64,000 nucleotides of DNA from Minisyncoccota bacterium (GTDB lineage: Bacteria; Patescibacteriota; Minisyncoccia; Phycocordibacterales; PALSA-1337), in assembly GCA_041663145.1 (NCBI GenBank), contig JBAZRG010000002.1, positions 22,384 through 86,383 on the forward strand. Direction: 5' to 3'. Each line of letters opens with the position of its first letter. The stretch's first letter is position 1. The notes under the pieces are model-generated. The model was not told the DNA's origin. It saw nothing but the letters and a program-made list of their open reading frames with translations, and made no database searches. A program made the position numbers and the translations under genes. This document shows positions 18,908-28,563 of the stretch, in pieces.

Positions 18908-20074
18908 ATGAAAACAATCCTAAGAACTGAAATAACTGTTAAAGATATTTGTGAAGGGTTTGTCTATAATGAACTGGAAGGTAAAGGTTTGTTTGGCTTA
19001 TCTGGTAATCTCACTATTCAACCAGAGTATCAACGTAACTACATATATGCATCTGATGGTGGAAAAAGAGAGGTTGCTGTTATTGAGTCAATACTCAAAA
19101 GTTACCCAATAGGTTTGATTTATTTTAATAAAGTAGATGAGGAAAAATTTGAAGTCTTGGACGGGCAACAGCGTATCACTAGCGTCGGACGTTTTGTAAC
19201 TGGAAAATTTGCCATTCGAGATGAGAATGGGATGCAATATTTTGAGGCTATGGCAGGAGACAAAAAAGATAAGATTTTGGAAACTAAGCTGCTCATTTAT
19301 GAATGTGAAGGTACCGAAAGCCAAATAAAAGAGTGGTTTAAGACAATCAACATAGCCGGAGTTCCGCTGGTCCCTCAAGAATTGTTAAATGCGATTTATT
19401 CAGGACCATTTGTTACATTAGGTAAAGAAGAGTTTAGCAATAGTCAGAATGCTAATATTCAAAAATGGAGTGCGTATATAAAAGGAAGTGCAAACAGACA
19501 AGCATTTTTTGAGAGAGCTCTGGACTGGGTGAGTAGGGGAAATATCGATGATTATATGAGTATTCATCGCAACGACAAAAATATCAATGAGCTAAAAAAA
19601 TATTTCAACAGCGTGATTGATTGGATCTCTAGTGTATTTACCGACGTAGAAAGCGAGATGTGCGGTCTTGAATGGGGTAGACTATATGAGGAGTATCATA
19701 AGAAGGCTTATGACCCCAAGAGAGTGTCAGTCGAAGTTCGTAAACTTTATGGTGATTCGTACATCAGAAATCGCAAAGGTATTTTTGAGTATATTCTCGG
19801 TGGTTCAATCGATTCAAAATTACTTGAAGTCCGAATCTTTGATGAAGCAGATAAAAAAACTGTCTATTTAACACAAACTGCCAAAGCAGAGAAAAAAGGT
19901 GAATCAAATTGTCCACTTTGTGCTGTTGGACATGATGCCAACAAGGAAAAGATTTGGACTCTAGGTGATATGGATGCCGACCATGTAGCTGCTTGGAGCA
20001 AGGGTGGTAAGACAACGATAAAAAATTGTGAGATGTTGTGTAAGACGCATAATAGAGCGAAAGGTAATCGGTAA
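18908..20074 (+). CDS. GmrSD-like type IV (modification-dependent) restriction endonuclease: DUF262 ParB-like NTPase/nuclease plus a C-terminal HNH/DUF1524 nuclease
   Basis: The DUF262 motif DGQQRIT is present. The C-terminus carries CPLC...H..., DADHVAAWSKGG and CKTHNRAKGN, an HNH-like set of residues. Confidence 0.7.
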   Translation: MKTILRTEITVKDICEGFVYNELEGKGLFGLSGNLTIQPEYQRNYIYASDGGKREVAVIESILKSYPIGLIYFNKVDEEKFEVLDGQQRITSVGRFVTGKFAIRDENGMQYFEAMAGDKKDKILETKLLIYECEGTESQIKEWFKTINIAGVPLVPQELLNAIYSGPFVTLGKEEFSNSQNANIQKWSAYIKGSANRQAFFERALDWVSRGNIDDYMSIHRNDKNINELKKYFNSVIDWISSVFTDVESEMCGLEWGRLYEEYHKKAYDPKRVSVEVRKLYGDSYIRNRKGIFEYILGGSIDSKLLEVRIFDEADKKTVYLTQTAKAEKKGESNCPLCAVGHDANKEKIWTLGDMDADHVAAWSKGGKTTIKNCEMLCKTHNRAKGNR

Positions 20075-20359
20075 TAGATAAAGTCGTTGAGAAAGATTCA
20101 TGAAAGATATCTATAAAAAATCACCTCTGGAGGGGATGTTATCTATTGCTCTCAAACCTCCTAAAATATTGTTGTATGTTTTCATTTCACTAATTATTGG
20201 GTCACTAATTTTTCACTTTGATTTTGTCTATTGGTGGGTTAAGGCTTGCAATTTTCTTTATGTTGATAAAGTAGTCAAATTCATCGCTACTGTTTTGAAT
20301 AACGTTATACCCAAATAAAATAGTTTTATAAAATCTGATGGGTATATCTATACTAGTAA

Positions 20360-20533
20360 CTATCCACGCTTATGCTTAGTTTTATCAACTAAGGTCCAAA
20401 CCTGTCGTTTGCTAGTATTGTTTGGTGGAACCTTTTCTCCCTTTGTGAAGGTAGCTTCGGTTCGCGCACCAGACGGACGGTATTGTCCTGAAACAGGAAC
20501 CTTACCGCCAGTTTTAGCTGTTATCTTTTTCAT
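20360..20533 (-). CDS. Small protein (57 aa), possibly of the YjzC-like family
   Basis: Hand-translated minus-strand ORF MKKITAKTGGKVPVSGQYRPSGARTEATFTKGEKVPPNNTSKRQVWTLVDKTKHKRG*. It is below the 60-aa cut-off of the ORF track. The SD is weak. Confidence 0.3.
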   Translation of the reverse strand: MKKITAKTGGKVPVSGQYRPSGARTEATFTKGEKVPPNNTSKRQVWTLVDKTKHKRG

Positions 20534-20781
20534 AATGAAATTGATACTTATTAGTAATTAGGGACACGGTCGATCCTGCTCGCGCCCCCGCCAAAATCAC
20601 CAATAAAATTGGTAATTATGGAGGGGGAGGAGGAAAGTGACCTAGTATAACCACAAATAACTGGATCCAATTTTCTATACCCACCAGATTTCAAAAAACT
20701 ATTAATCCAATTATAGTCCAGTTGCTATTTATGTAAATACTGCAATTTTTGGAGATTAAAAACATATGTTAAAATACCCCT

Positions 20782-21165
20782 ATGTCTCCCAAAACCCTCG
20801 GAACAATATCTATCATCGCCGCTCTCCTCGTTTTATTTTCAGCAATGCTCGATCCGATAGTGTCGGTTATTGTGGCGGTTATTACTCTCATCGGACTTGG
20901 CGCATATCATTTGCTTGGAAAAGGAGCTAAGCCCATGAATGCAAATATTCCCATCAGCAATCAGACCGAAGAAAAAGAGCAGAACAAGCAAGCAATTCTT
21001 GATTTGATGGAGAGCGGTAATCAACCACTTACCAATGAACATATCAGGCAAATGTCTGGAATATCCGAGGCCACAGCTACACGTTATCTAGATGAACTAG
21101 AAAAAGAAGGTAAAGTAAAACAGGTTGGTAAGACTGGAGCACATGTGTTTTATGAGAAAATATAA
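20782..21165 (+). CDS. Membrane-anchored winged-helix (HTH) protein
   Basis: Two N-terminal TM helices and a C-terminal wHTH-like segment (ISEATATRYLDELEKEGKVKQVGKTGAHVFYE). Confidence 0.45.
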   Translation: MSPKTLGTISIIAALLVLFSAMLDPIVSVIVAVITLIGLGAYHLLGKGAKPMNANIPISNQTEEKEQNKQAILDLMESGNQPLTNEHIRQMSGISEATATRYLDELEKEGKVKQVGKTGAHVFYEKI

Positions 21166-21301
21166 GGCTTCTAACGGCTCAATGCGATGAGCCGTTGAAG
21201 ACCAGTAACTAGATTGGCATTATTGTAATCTGAGCGGAGGAAATGAAACTGAAGAATGGAAATCAATCGTTAAAGATAATTATCCTGAATATAGAAAATT
21301 A

Positions 21302-21898
21302 TTATAAGATAGACTTCTTATAATAATCCTCAATCACTGACCAGTTCATATTGGCGAAAAAATCTTCGACATACTTTTTCTTTCCAGATGACTGATAATC
21401 GGCTACATATGAATGTTCCCACATATCCATGGCAAGAATCATAGAGCAACCATTCAGTTGGCCCAGATGTTGTTCGTCTACCCAAGAATTTAGAAGTCCA
21501 TTATGTTTTGGATCATACCAGAGTACCGCCCACCCTATACCACGAGTGAGACCGATGGCTTTAAATTCTGCCAGCCAAATCTCGAAGGATCCCCATGTTT
21601 CGACGATTTTCTTTTTTAATGGACTCGAATCGGACATCTGACTAGGACCGCCTTCGAAAGTAGAGAAATAAATCTCATGATTGCGCATGCCATTGTATTC
21701 GAAACTGAAACGTCTAGTCAGTTCTCCGAGTACATAACTGTGTTTCTCGGCATCTTTCTTGTATTCTTTGATCTTTTCTAAGACGAGATTTGTATTTGTC
21801 ACATAGCCACTGTAGAGCTTCAAATGTTCCTCGATGTTTTTCGGAGATATACCGATAAGTTTTGGGATTTTGAATTGTTTTGGGGTGAATTGGGACAT
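21302..21898 (-). CDS. sodA: Fe/Mn superoxide dismutase
   Basis: Motif DMWEHSYVADY (DxWEHAYY) and the conserved His/Asp metal ligands are present. Confidence 0.9.
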   Translation of the reverse strand: MSQFTPKQFKIPKLIGISPKNIEEHLKLYSGYVTNTNLVLEKIKEYKKDAEKHSYVLGELTRRFSFEYNGMRNHEIYFSTFEGGPSQMSDSSPLKKKIVETWGSFEIWLAEFKAIGLTRGIGWAVLWYDPKHNGLLNSWVDEQHLGQLNGCSMILAMDMWEHSYVADYQSSGKKKYVEDFFANMNWSVIEDYYKKSIL

Positions 21899-21979
21899 TT
21901 TTATTAGATTAATGTTGATAATCTCTTTATTTGAATGATAACACCTTTAGACCTTTTTTATTAAGATTTTATCTGGTGT

Positions 21980-23011
21980 GTGTACGATTTACTCATGTCA
22001 CTAAAGATATCTGGAAGACCACTAATTATAGCCGCTACAACCGGTGCCTTGATGTTGGGTATGGGAGGTTATGCCTACAGGGAAGAACACAGATCGAGAA
22101 ACTTGGAGGTTTATGTATTTTCTATGAAAAGTGGCCGTTCGATGTTCATCAGAACTCCGGATGATAGGAGATTTCTGATTGATGGTGGAGCAAATTCCGA
22201 TATTGTCCGTGAACTTTCGAAAATATTACCTTTCTATTCTCACCATCTCGATGCTGTCATTGCCACCAATTCCGAAGGCAAGAACATTTCAGGGTTGATA
22301 GATGTGATAAATCGCTACAGAGTCGAGAAAGTTTACGTGCCAAAATTTACTATCCAGTCCATCGGTCTAGCTAGTTCAAGTGATCTTATATACGAAACAT
22401 TCGAGGAGACGATAAAATCATTGAACATTGCTGTAGAGGAGGTGATGGTAGGGGATTCTATTGATCTAAGAGATGCTAACAACAACATTAATTATAATAC
22501 TACTAATGATAGTAGCAGTAGATCCATCGATCTAGTCTTTGATTTTCCATTATCTCCAGATGAATTTGAATATTCAAAAGCCAGTCCGCCAGAGACTTTA
22601 TTCCATATCATATACGGTGATACTAGTATTGTATTTCTAGGTAATGCGTCGAATAAGGTTCAGAAAAGTCTGACTATATCGATGTTATCTGCCGATCGGA
22701 CCATGAATACGAAAGTTCAATCCAAAGAAAATGCTCTAATCGTGTCACATAGTGCTCTTCCAGCAAATACGTCTAGTGATTTGATGGCTGTCTTGATGCC
22801 AAAAAATCTAGTATATTCAAAATCGCTAACGACTGATACGAAATCGAATTCAAAATCTTCTTCCAAATCCATCGTCAAAAAATCTTCGTCAAAAAAGCCC
22901 ATTCCTGATCCTTTGGCTACAATTCTCAATGATCATAGATTCAATCTCAAAGAAGTAGGTACAATAAAAATCTCATCTGATAGTAAACAGTTAGAGATCA
23001 AACCATTATGA
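21980..23011 (+). CDS. Membrane-anchored metallo-beta-lactamase-fold protein resembling the C-terminal domain of ComEC
   Basis: N-terminal TM helix. The segment MFIRTPDDRRFLIDGG...HLDAVIATNSEGKNISGLIDVINRYRVEKVYVP resembles the ComEC MBL domain. Ser/Lys-rich C-terminus. Confidence 0.4.
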   Translation: MYDLLMSLKISGRPLIIAATTGALMLGMGGYAYREEHRSRNLEVYVFSMKSGRSMFIRTPDDRRFLIDGGANSDIVRELSKILPFYSHHLDAVIATNSEGKNISGLIDVINRYRVEKVYVPKFTIQSIGLASSSDLIYETFEETIKSLNIAVEEVMVGDSIDLRDANNNINYNTTNDSSSRSIDLVFDFPLSPDEFEYSKASPPETLFHIIYGDTSIVFLGNASNKVQKSLTISMLSADRTMNTKVQSKENALIVSHSALPANTSSDLMAVLMPKNLVYSKSLTTDTKSNSKSSSKSIVKKSSSKKPIPDPLATILNDHRFNLKEVGTIKISSDSKQLEIKPL

Positions 23012-23127
23012 GGTGACTATCTTCTGAAAGCAAGCGATTGATTTTAGAAGATAGTTACTTATCGGTAGCTATAATAAAGGTCGAGTTATTATTGAAAATA
23101 ATTTTCTAGAGGTGTATAGTGCCATAG

Positions 23128-24204
23128 ATGAGAGACGTACCCAAAATATTACAGGAGATTAAAAAACTCCAAAATTTAAGAAATGATGTCCCAACTTTTG
23201 TGTATTTCGGTGGCATAGGGGGTATTAATGTTGTGAGCGTTAGGAAAAGTTTACAAACTATTTCTTCCCATGGAGAAGAGATAGATGTCATTCTACAATC
23301 AGGAGGTGGGCAAGCTGACGACGCTTATAGACTGATTAGGACGTTCCGTGAAAAATATGAAACTGTAAATGTAGTAATTCCTTTTTGGGCGAAAAGTGCT
23401 GCGACAATCTTTGCCTTTGGGGCGAGTAGGATTGTTCTTAATGAATTTGGGGAACTTGGTCCGATTGATGTCCAAGTTAAGAAAGATGATGACACAGATC
23501 CTGATGGACAATGGTCATCAGCATTAAATGTCCAAGCAAGTTTGGCGGAAATCGAAGCTCGATCTAGACAAGGAATGCTAGAAACATTCAACCGTCTACG
23601 TTCTAAAGAAAAGGGTAATGGAGAAATTCTCAAAATAGGGAGGAAACCTCTTGCTGAGATGTTGTTGGACTACTCTGCAAAGTTTTATCAACCACTTCTT
23701 CAAAAAGTTGAGACAATAGAACTAGGTACAATGACACGCTCTCTGAATGTTGGTAGAATGTACACAAAACGTATATTGAAACAATATGCCGAGCTAGAGG
23801 ATGATAAAATCAGCAAACTTATTGATTTCTTGGCCTATGATTGTCCAGATCACGGCTATGTAGTGGACTATAATATCTTGAAATCATATTTACCGGATAA
23901 CGTTATTAAGTCTAGCGAAGCACCGTTCAGTGAACAATACAATAAGGATTTGGAGACGCTTTCTATTCATTTAATGATGGCTGATGACGGAAGCGACAAT
24001 ATAGTAGGCTTCCTAAACACCTTGTTACTTAAAGAAGAAAAATCAGTTATAATTAATCCAAAACATAATGAACAAACACCTCAATCAAAACCAATCTCAG
24101 ACACTAAACCCAAGGATAAAACTGGTAACGGTGGAGGACTTGACAATAAATCCATTCCGAGTACTAGCGCGAAAGATTTTACCGGTGGTAACAAGTCTTC
24201 CTAG
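23128..24204 (+). CDS. SDH-family (ClpP/SppA-fold) serine protease
   Basis: DVILQSGGGQADDAYRLIRTF...VVIPFWAKSAATIFAFGASRIVLNEFGELGPIDVQV matches the serine-dehydrogenase proteinase pattern. Confidence 0.55.
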   Translation: MRDVPKILQEIKKLQNLRNDVPTFVYFGGIGGINVVSVRKSLQTISSHGEEIDVILQSGGGQADDAYRLIRTFREKYETVNVVIPFWAKSAATIFAFGASRIVLNEFGELGPIDVQVKKDDDTDPDGQWSSALNVQASLAEIEARSRQGMLETFNRLRSKEKGNGEILKIGRKPLAEMLLDYSAKFYQPLLQKVETIELGTMTRSLNVGRMYTKRILKQYAELEDDKISKLIDFLAYDCPDHGYVVDYNILKSYLPDNVIKSSEAPFSEQYNKDLETLSIHLMMADDGSDNIVGFLNTLLLKEEKSVIINPKHNEQTPQSKPISDTKPKDKTGNGGGLDNKSIPSTSAKDFTGGNKSS

Positions 24205-24296
24205 AACAGATGAAGGTAGACTTGTTAATTCTACGGATTCAAATGTCAAAGCATCACAAGTGTGGAGATAAATGTGCCTCTTTGTGAACATTTTGT

Positions 24297-24905
24297 TTAA
24301 ATACGCACCCCTGTGATCAGATTAAATACAAATGGAATTATCGGTGCGACAACTTGCCATAAAAAGAAAATGATTATGATTACAAATATTGGTCCGAATC
24401 GTTCGAGATTCATGCGAAGCTGTCCGAATTGATGTGGTAGGAAAGCCAGAAAAAGTTTCGATCCATCCAAAGGGGGAATAGGGATAAGGTTGAAAATGGC
24501 TAAGACAATATTGATATAGATAACAATAGAGACGATTTCTGCAAACGGTGTCATGATAGCTGTGCCACTTATATAGAATCTCAAAATTAAACCAAAGATA
24601 ATCGCTATGAGTAGATTTGAAGCGGGTCCAGCGGCAGCGATTAAAAATTCACCTTGCCTTTTATTTTTGAGATTGTAAGGATTGTAGACAACCGGTTTGG
24701 CCCATCCGAAAGTAAAGCCGGCCAATGACGTCAAAAGAGGCACGGCAAATGAACCTATAGGATCGAGATGACGTATAGGATTTATCGTGAGACGGCCCTG
24801 AAGACGTGGTGTCGGATCACCCAGGTAATCAGCCATATATCCATGAGAAACTTCATGGAGGATGACAGAAAATATGAGAATAACTATTGATAAAATGATT
24901 AACAT
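24297..24905 (-). CDS. Site-2 protease family (M50-like) zinc metalloprotease
   Basis: HExxH (LHEVSHGYMA) within a TM helix; polytopic membrane protein. Confidence 0.65.
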   Translation of the reverse strand: MLIILSIVILIFSVILHEVSHGYMADYLGDPTPRLQGRLTINPIRHLDPIGSFAVPLLTSLAGFTFGWAKPVVYNPYNLKNKRQGEFLIAAAGPASNLLIAIIFGLILRFYISGTAIMTPFAEIVSIVIYINIVLAIFNLIPIPPLDGSKLFLAFLPHQFGQLRMNLERFGPIFVIIIIFFLWQVVAPIIPFVFNLITGVRI

Positions 24906-24953
24906 CTTGAATATATATACGCTCTATGTTACCATACGAACCTCATAACCAAC

Positions 24954-25196
24954 ATGGCAAAAGTTTGTGAAATAACAAAAGTTGGCTCGGTTGTCGGAGG
25001 TCGATATTCGAACCGTACTCGCGCAACGCAATTCAATCCTTGTGGTAATTTGCGACGCTACCCAAATATTCAGCGCAAGCGCATATACGTGCCAGAATTG
25101 AAGAAATCAATAATTTTGAATATCTCGACTAGAGCTATGAGAACTATCGAAAAGAACGGCGCCTTTCGAACCCTAAAGAAAGCTGGACTAATATAA
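24954..25196 (+). CDS. rpmB: 50S ribosomal protein L28
   Basis: [20 protein letters not shown]... matches the L28 pattern (MSRVCQVTGK..G...SHA). Confidence 0.75.
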   Translation: MAKVCEITKVGSVVGGRYSNRTRATQFNPCGNLRRYPNIQRKRIYVPELKKSIILNISTRAMRTIEKNGAFRTLKKAGLI

Positions 25197-25224
25197 TATC
25201 TTTTTATCATCTTTTCAATTAACC

Positions 25225-25647
25225 ATGCCTACGATCAATCAACTTACACGAAGACACAGACAGCGTTTTAAGGCTAAATCCAAGTCTATAGCATTGACCA
25301 GGACTTTCAATACGATCAAAAACCACCCTTCATTCTTTCCAGCACCTTTCAAAAGGGGAGTTTGCGTCAAGGTAACTACAAAGACACCAAAAAAGCCAAA
25401 CTCAGCTATTCGTAAGATTGCTCGCGTACGTTTGACTAACGGAGTTGAGGTGACCGCATACATTCCAGGTATGGGACACAATCTCCAAGAGCACGCTGTA
25501 GTACTTTTGCGAGGTGGTAGGGTCAAAGACGTAGGTTTGCGATATTCAGTAGTCCGTGGAGTCTTGGACTGTGCAGGAGTCGAAGCCCGAAGAAAAGGAC
25601 GCAGTCAGTACGGTAATAAGAGACCAAAGGTAGCAAAGACAGCCTAA
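25225..25647 (+). CDS. rpsL: 30S ribosomal protein S12
   Basis: [10 protein letters not shown]..., [34 protein letters not shown]. Confidence 0.95.
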   Translation: MPTINQLTRRHRQRFKAKSKSIALTRTFNTIKNHPSFFPAPFKRGVCVKVTTKTPKKPNSAIRKIARVRLTNGVEVTAYIPGMGHNLQEHAVVLLRGGRVKDVGLRYSVVRGVLDCAGVEARRKGRSQYGNKRPKVAKTA

Positions 25648-25678
25648 TTTATCCTAATTTTCTATTCAATCCACTAAA

Positions 25679-26149
25679 ATGCGACGTAAACTAAACATAA
25701 AAAGAGAATTAAGAGCCGACATTAACTACAATTCTATAAAATTGGGCAAATTTACCAATTACCTTATGGAATCAGGTAAGAAAAATGTCGCTCGCAAGAT
25801 CGTGGCTGACTGCATGACTGCTATAAAAGAAAAAGCCAAAGTCGAGAATCCTCTGGAATTGTTCGAGACAGCACTAAAAAACACCACACCTCTCATGGAA
25901 GTTCGTTCTCGTCGAGTCGGTGGAGCAAATTACCAGGTTCCTCGCGAAGTTCGACCAGAAAGGAAACAAGCTCTATCTATGAAATGGTTGATCGATGCCG
26001 CCCGTTCGAAAAAAGGCGCTCCTATTCACCTAAAATTGGCCGATGAGATCATCTCTGCTTCTAAGAATGAGGGAGAAGCCGTCAAAAAGAGAGAAAACGT
26101 TCACAAAATGGCCGAAGCTAACAAGGCTTTCGCTCACTTTGCTTGGTAG
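25679..26149 (+). CDS. rpsG: 30S ribosomal protein S7
   Basis: 156 aa with S7 conserved segments. It sits in rpsL-rpsG-fusA order. Confidence 0.9.
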   Translation: MRRKLNIKRELRADINYNSIKLGKFTNYLMESGKKNVARKIVADCMTAIKEKAKVENPLELFETALKNTTPLMEVRSRRVGGANYQVPREVRPERKQALSMKWLIDAARSKKGAPIHLKLADEIISASKNEGEAVKKRENVHKMAEANKAFAHFAW

Positions 26150-26216
26150 TACACTGGATTTTGTTTGTTTTTTTTATTATTAATAAAATAGTAGGACCAA
26201 ATTTTGAATTAAAATC

Positions 26217-28361
26217 ATGAACCGCGACTATCCACTAGAGAGAATGCGCAATTTTGGAATCATTGCCCATATTGATGCCGGAAAAACTACGACTTCTGAG
26301 CGTATTTTGTACTATACAGGAATGACTCATAAGATCGGTGAAGTTCATGAAGGTGATACTGTGACTGATTGGATGGAACAAGAGAGGGAACGTGGTATTA
26401 CGATCACAGCCGCCGCCATCACCTGTTTTTGGAATCCTACCTACATGCCAAAGGGTGATGTTTCCAAGAAAGTCCGTTTTAATATTATCGATACTCCCGG
26501 ACACATCGACTTTACGGTAGAGGTAAAGAGATCTTTGCGTGTTTTGGACGGCGCAGTCGTGGTTTTTGATGGAGTTGCCGGAGTAGAGCCACAATCAGAG
26601 ACAAACTGGCGTTATGCTGATGATGGAAAAGTTCCTCGACTTTGCTTCATTAACAAGCTTGATCGTACAGGAGCTTCATTTGAAAAGTCTTTCAAGTCAA
26701 TTCAGGAACGTTTAAATAAAAATGCGATCAGATTCCAGATTCCAATCGGTTTGGAAGGGGATCATAAGGGAGTTGTGGATCTCTTGAATATGAAAGCCTA
26801 TTATTTCGAAGGAGAAATGGGCAATCAAATCATCGAAAAGGAAATTCCAGCTGAACTCCTCGATGATGCAAAGAAATACCGTTCTATTTTGGTTGAAAAG
26901 ATCGTCGAACACGATGATGCTACAATGCAGGCATATTTGGATGGAAAAGAGATATCTATAGAAGAGCTCAAGAAAATCACAAGAAAAGCAGTTATTAACA
27001 ATGAAATTTTCCCAGTCTTTACTGGTTCTGCTTTGAAAAATATCGGTGTTCAATTGGTTTTGGACGCCGTTGTTGACTATTTGCCTTCGCCGTTAGATAT
27101 TCCAGCTGTTAAAGGTATCAATCCTAATACTGGTGAAGAAGTTTTTCGCCATGCTGACGATAAAGAGCCATTTTCTGCTTTGGCTTTCAAACTTCAGAAC
27201 GATCCTTTCGTCGGAGCGTTGACATTCTTTCGAGTGTATTCTGGAACTATAGAAGCTGGATCATACATATACAATTCTTCAACTGGTAAAAAAGAGCGAC
27301 TAGGTCGCATCGTCCGTCTGCAGGCCGACAAGCGTGAAGAAGTTAAGAAAGTCTTTGCTGGTGAGATCGCAGCGGCAGTAGGTTTGAAAGAAGCCCTTAC
27401 CTCACATACTTTTTCGGATGAAACAAATCCTATTGTCCTAGAAGTCATAAAATTCATGGAGCCAGTTATTTCTCTTCGAGTAGAACCAAAGACGAAGGCT
27501 GACCAAGAAAAGATGGGTGTAGCTCTACGCAAGCTCAGCATCGAAGATCCAACTTTCAGAATTTCTTCAAACCAGGAGACAGGTGAAACTATCATCTCCG
27601 GTATGGGCGAACTTCATTTGGAGATCATGGTAGATCGTATGAAGCGTGAATTTGCTGTCGAAGCAAATGTCGGCGAACCTCAGGTAGCTTATAGAGAGAC
27701 TATCTTGAATACTGCAGAAGCTGAAAATAAATACATCAAGCAAACTGGAGGTAAAGGTCAATATGGACACGTCCGTATCACCTTGAAACCTATGGAACCA
27801 TGGCCAGAAGGTGAAAAGATCCCGAAGACAGTTCATAGGTTTGATGATTTTGAATTCATAAACTCTATCAAAGGTGGTGTTATCCCAAATGAATTTATCC
27901 CGGCTGTTGAAAAAGGTGTTCATGAAGCTATGGATCGAGGTATCGTGGCCGGTTACAAGATGGTTAACATTTCCTGTGAACTAACATTTGGTTCGTATCA
28001 CGACGTGGACTCATCAGAAATCGCTTACAAGATCGCCGCATCTCAGGCTTTTCAGGATGCCGCCAAGAGAGCTAAGCCTGTGATCCTTGAACCTATCATG
28101 CGACTGGAAGTAGTTGCGCCGGAGAAATACATGGGTGATATCAACGGTTCGATCGCTTCGAAACGAGGTACCATCGAAGGTTCTGAGCCAAAAGGTCAGG
28201 TATTGGCTATTCACGCCAAGGTTCCTCTCTCGGAAATGTTCGGGTATACAACAGAACTTCGTTCTATGACTTCTGGTCAAGGCAGCGCAATGATGGAATT
28301 TGATCACTATGAAGTCGTGCCGGCAAACGTAGCGGCAGAGATTGTGGAAAAGAGGAAGTAA
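26217..28361 (+). CDS. fusA: Elongation factor G
   Basis: 714 aa with G-domain motifs [17 protein letters not shown] and NKLD. Confidence 0.95.
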   Translation: MNRDYPLERMRNFGIIAHIDAGKTTTSERILYYTGMTHKIGEVHEGDTVTDWMEQERERGITITAAAITCFWNPTYMPKGDVSKKVRFNIIDTPGHIDFTVEVKRSLRVLDGAVVVFDGVAGVEPQSETNWRYADDGKVPRLCFINKLDRTGASFEKSFKSIQERLNKNAIRFQIPIGLEGDHKGVVDLLNMKAYYFEGEMGNQIIEKEIPAELLDDAKKYRSILVEKIVEHDDATMQAYLDGKEISIEELKKITRKAVINNEIFPVFTGSALKNIGVQLVLDAVVDYLPSPLDIPAVKGINPNTGEEVFRHADDKEPFSALAFKLQNDPFVGALTFFRVYSGTIEAGSYIYNSSTGKKERLGRIVRLQADKREEVKKVFAGEIAAAVGLKEALTSHTFSDETNPIVLEVIKFMEPVISLRVEPKTKADQEKMGVALRKLSIEDPTFRISSNQETGETIISGMGELHLEIMVDRMKREFAVEANVGEPQVAYRETILNTAEAENKYIKQTGGKGQYGHVRITLKPMEPWPEGEKIPKTVHRFDDFEFINSIKGGVIPNEFIPAVEKGVHEAMDRGIVAGYKMVNISCELTFGSYHDVDSSEIAYKIAASQAFQDAAKRAKPVILEPIMRLEVVAPEKYMGDINGSIASKRGTIEGSEPKGQVLAIHAKVPLSEMFGYTTELRSMTSGQGSAMMEFDHYEVVPANVAAEIVEKRK

Positions 28362-28372
28362 TAGAACCGTAA

Positions 28373-28472
28373 ACCCCACGCGACATAACAACATCCCTCC
28401 GTACACCTGCGGGCGCTTACGCTAAGCACAATCCTCGGTGTACGGAGGGATGTTGTTATGTCGCGTGGGGTT
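28373..28472. repeat. Element B copy 2: a 34-bp perfect inverted repeat enclosing a conserved loop (cctgcgggcgcttacgctaagcacaatcctcgg)
   Basis: 28373-28406 is the reverse complement of 28439-28472. The loop shares cctgcgggcgct and atcctcgg with copy 1. It lies immediately after the fusA stop. Confidence 0.75.
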
Positions 28473-28563
28473 ATCTATACATTTGAAGTTATACACAGCG
28501 TTGTTATCTTAGTGGGGGGGGTATAATAAGACTACTTAATGAAGTGGTCTTATTATTTATTTC

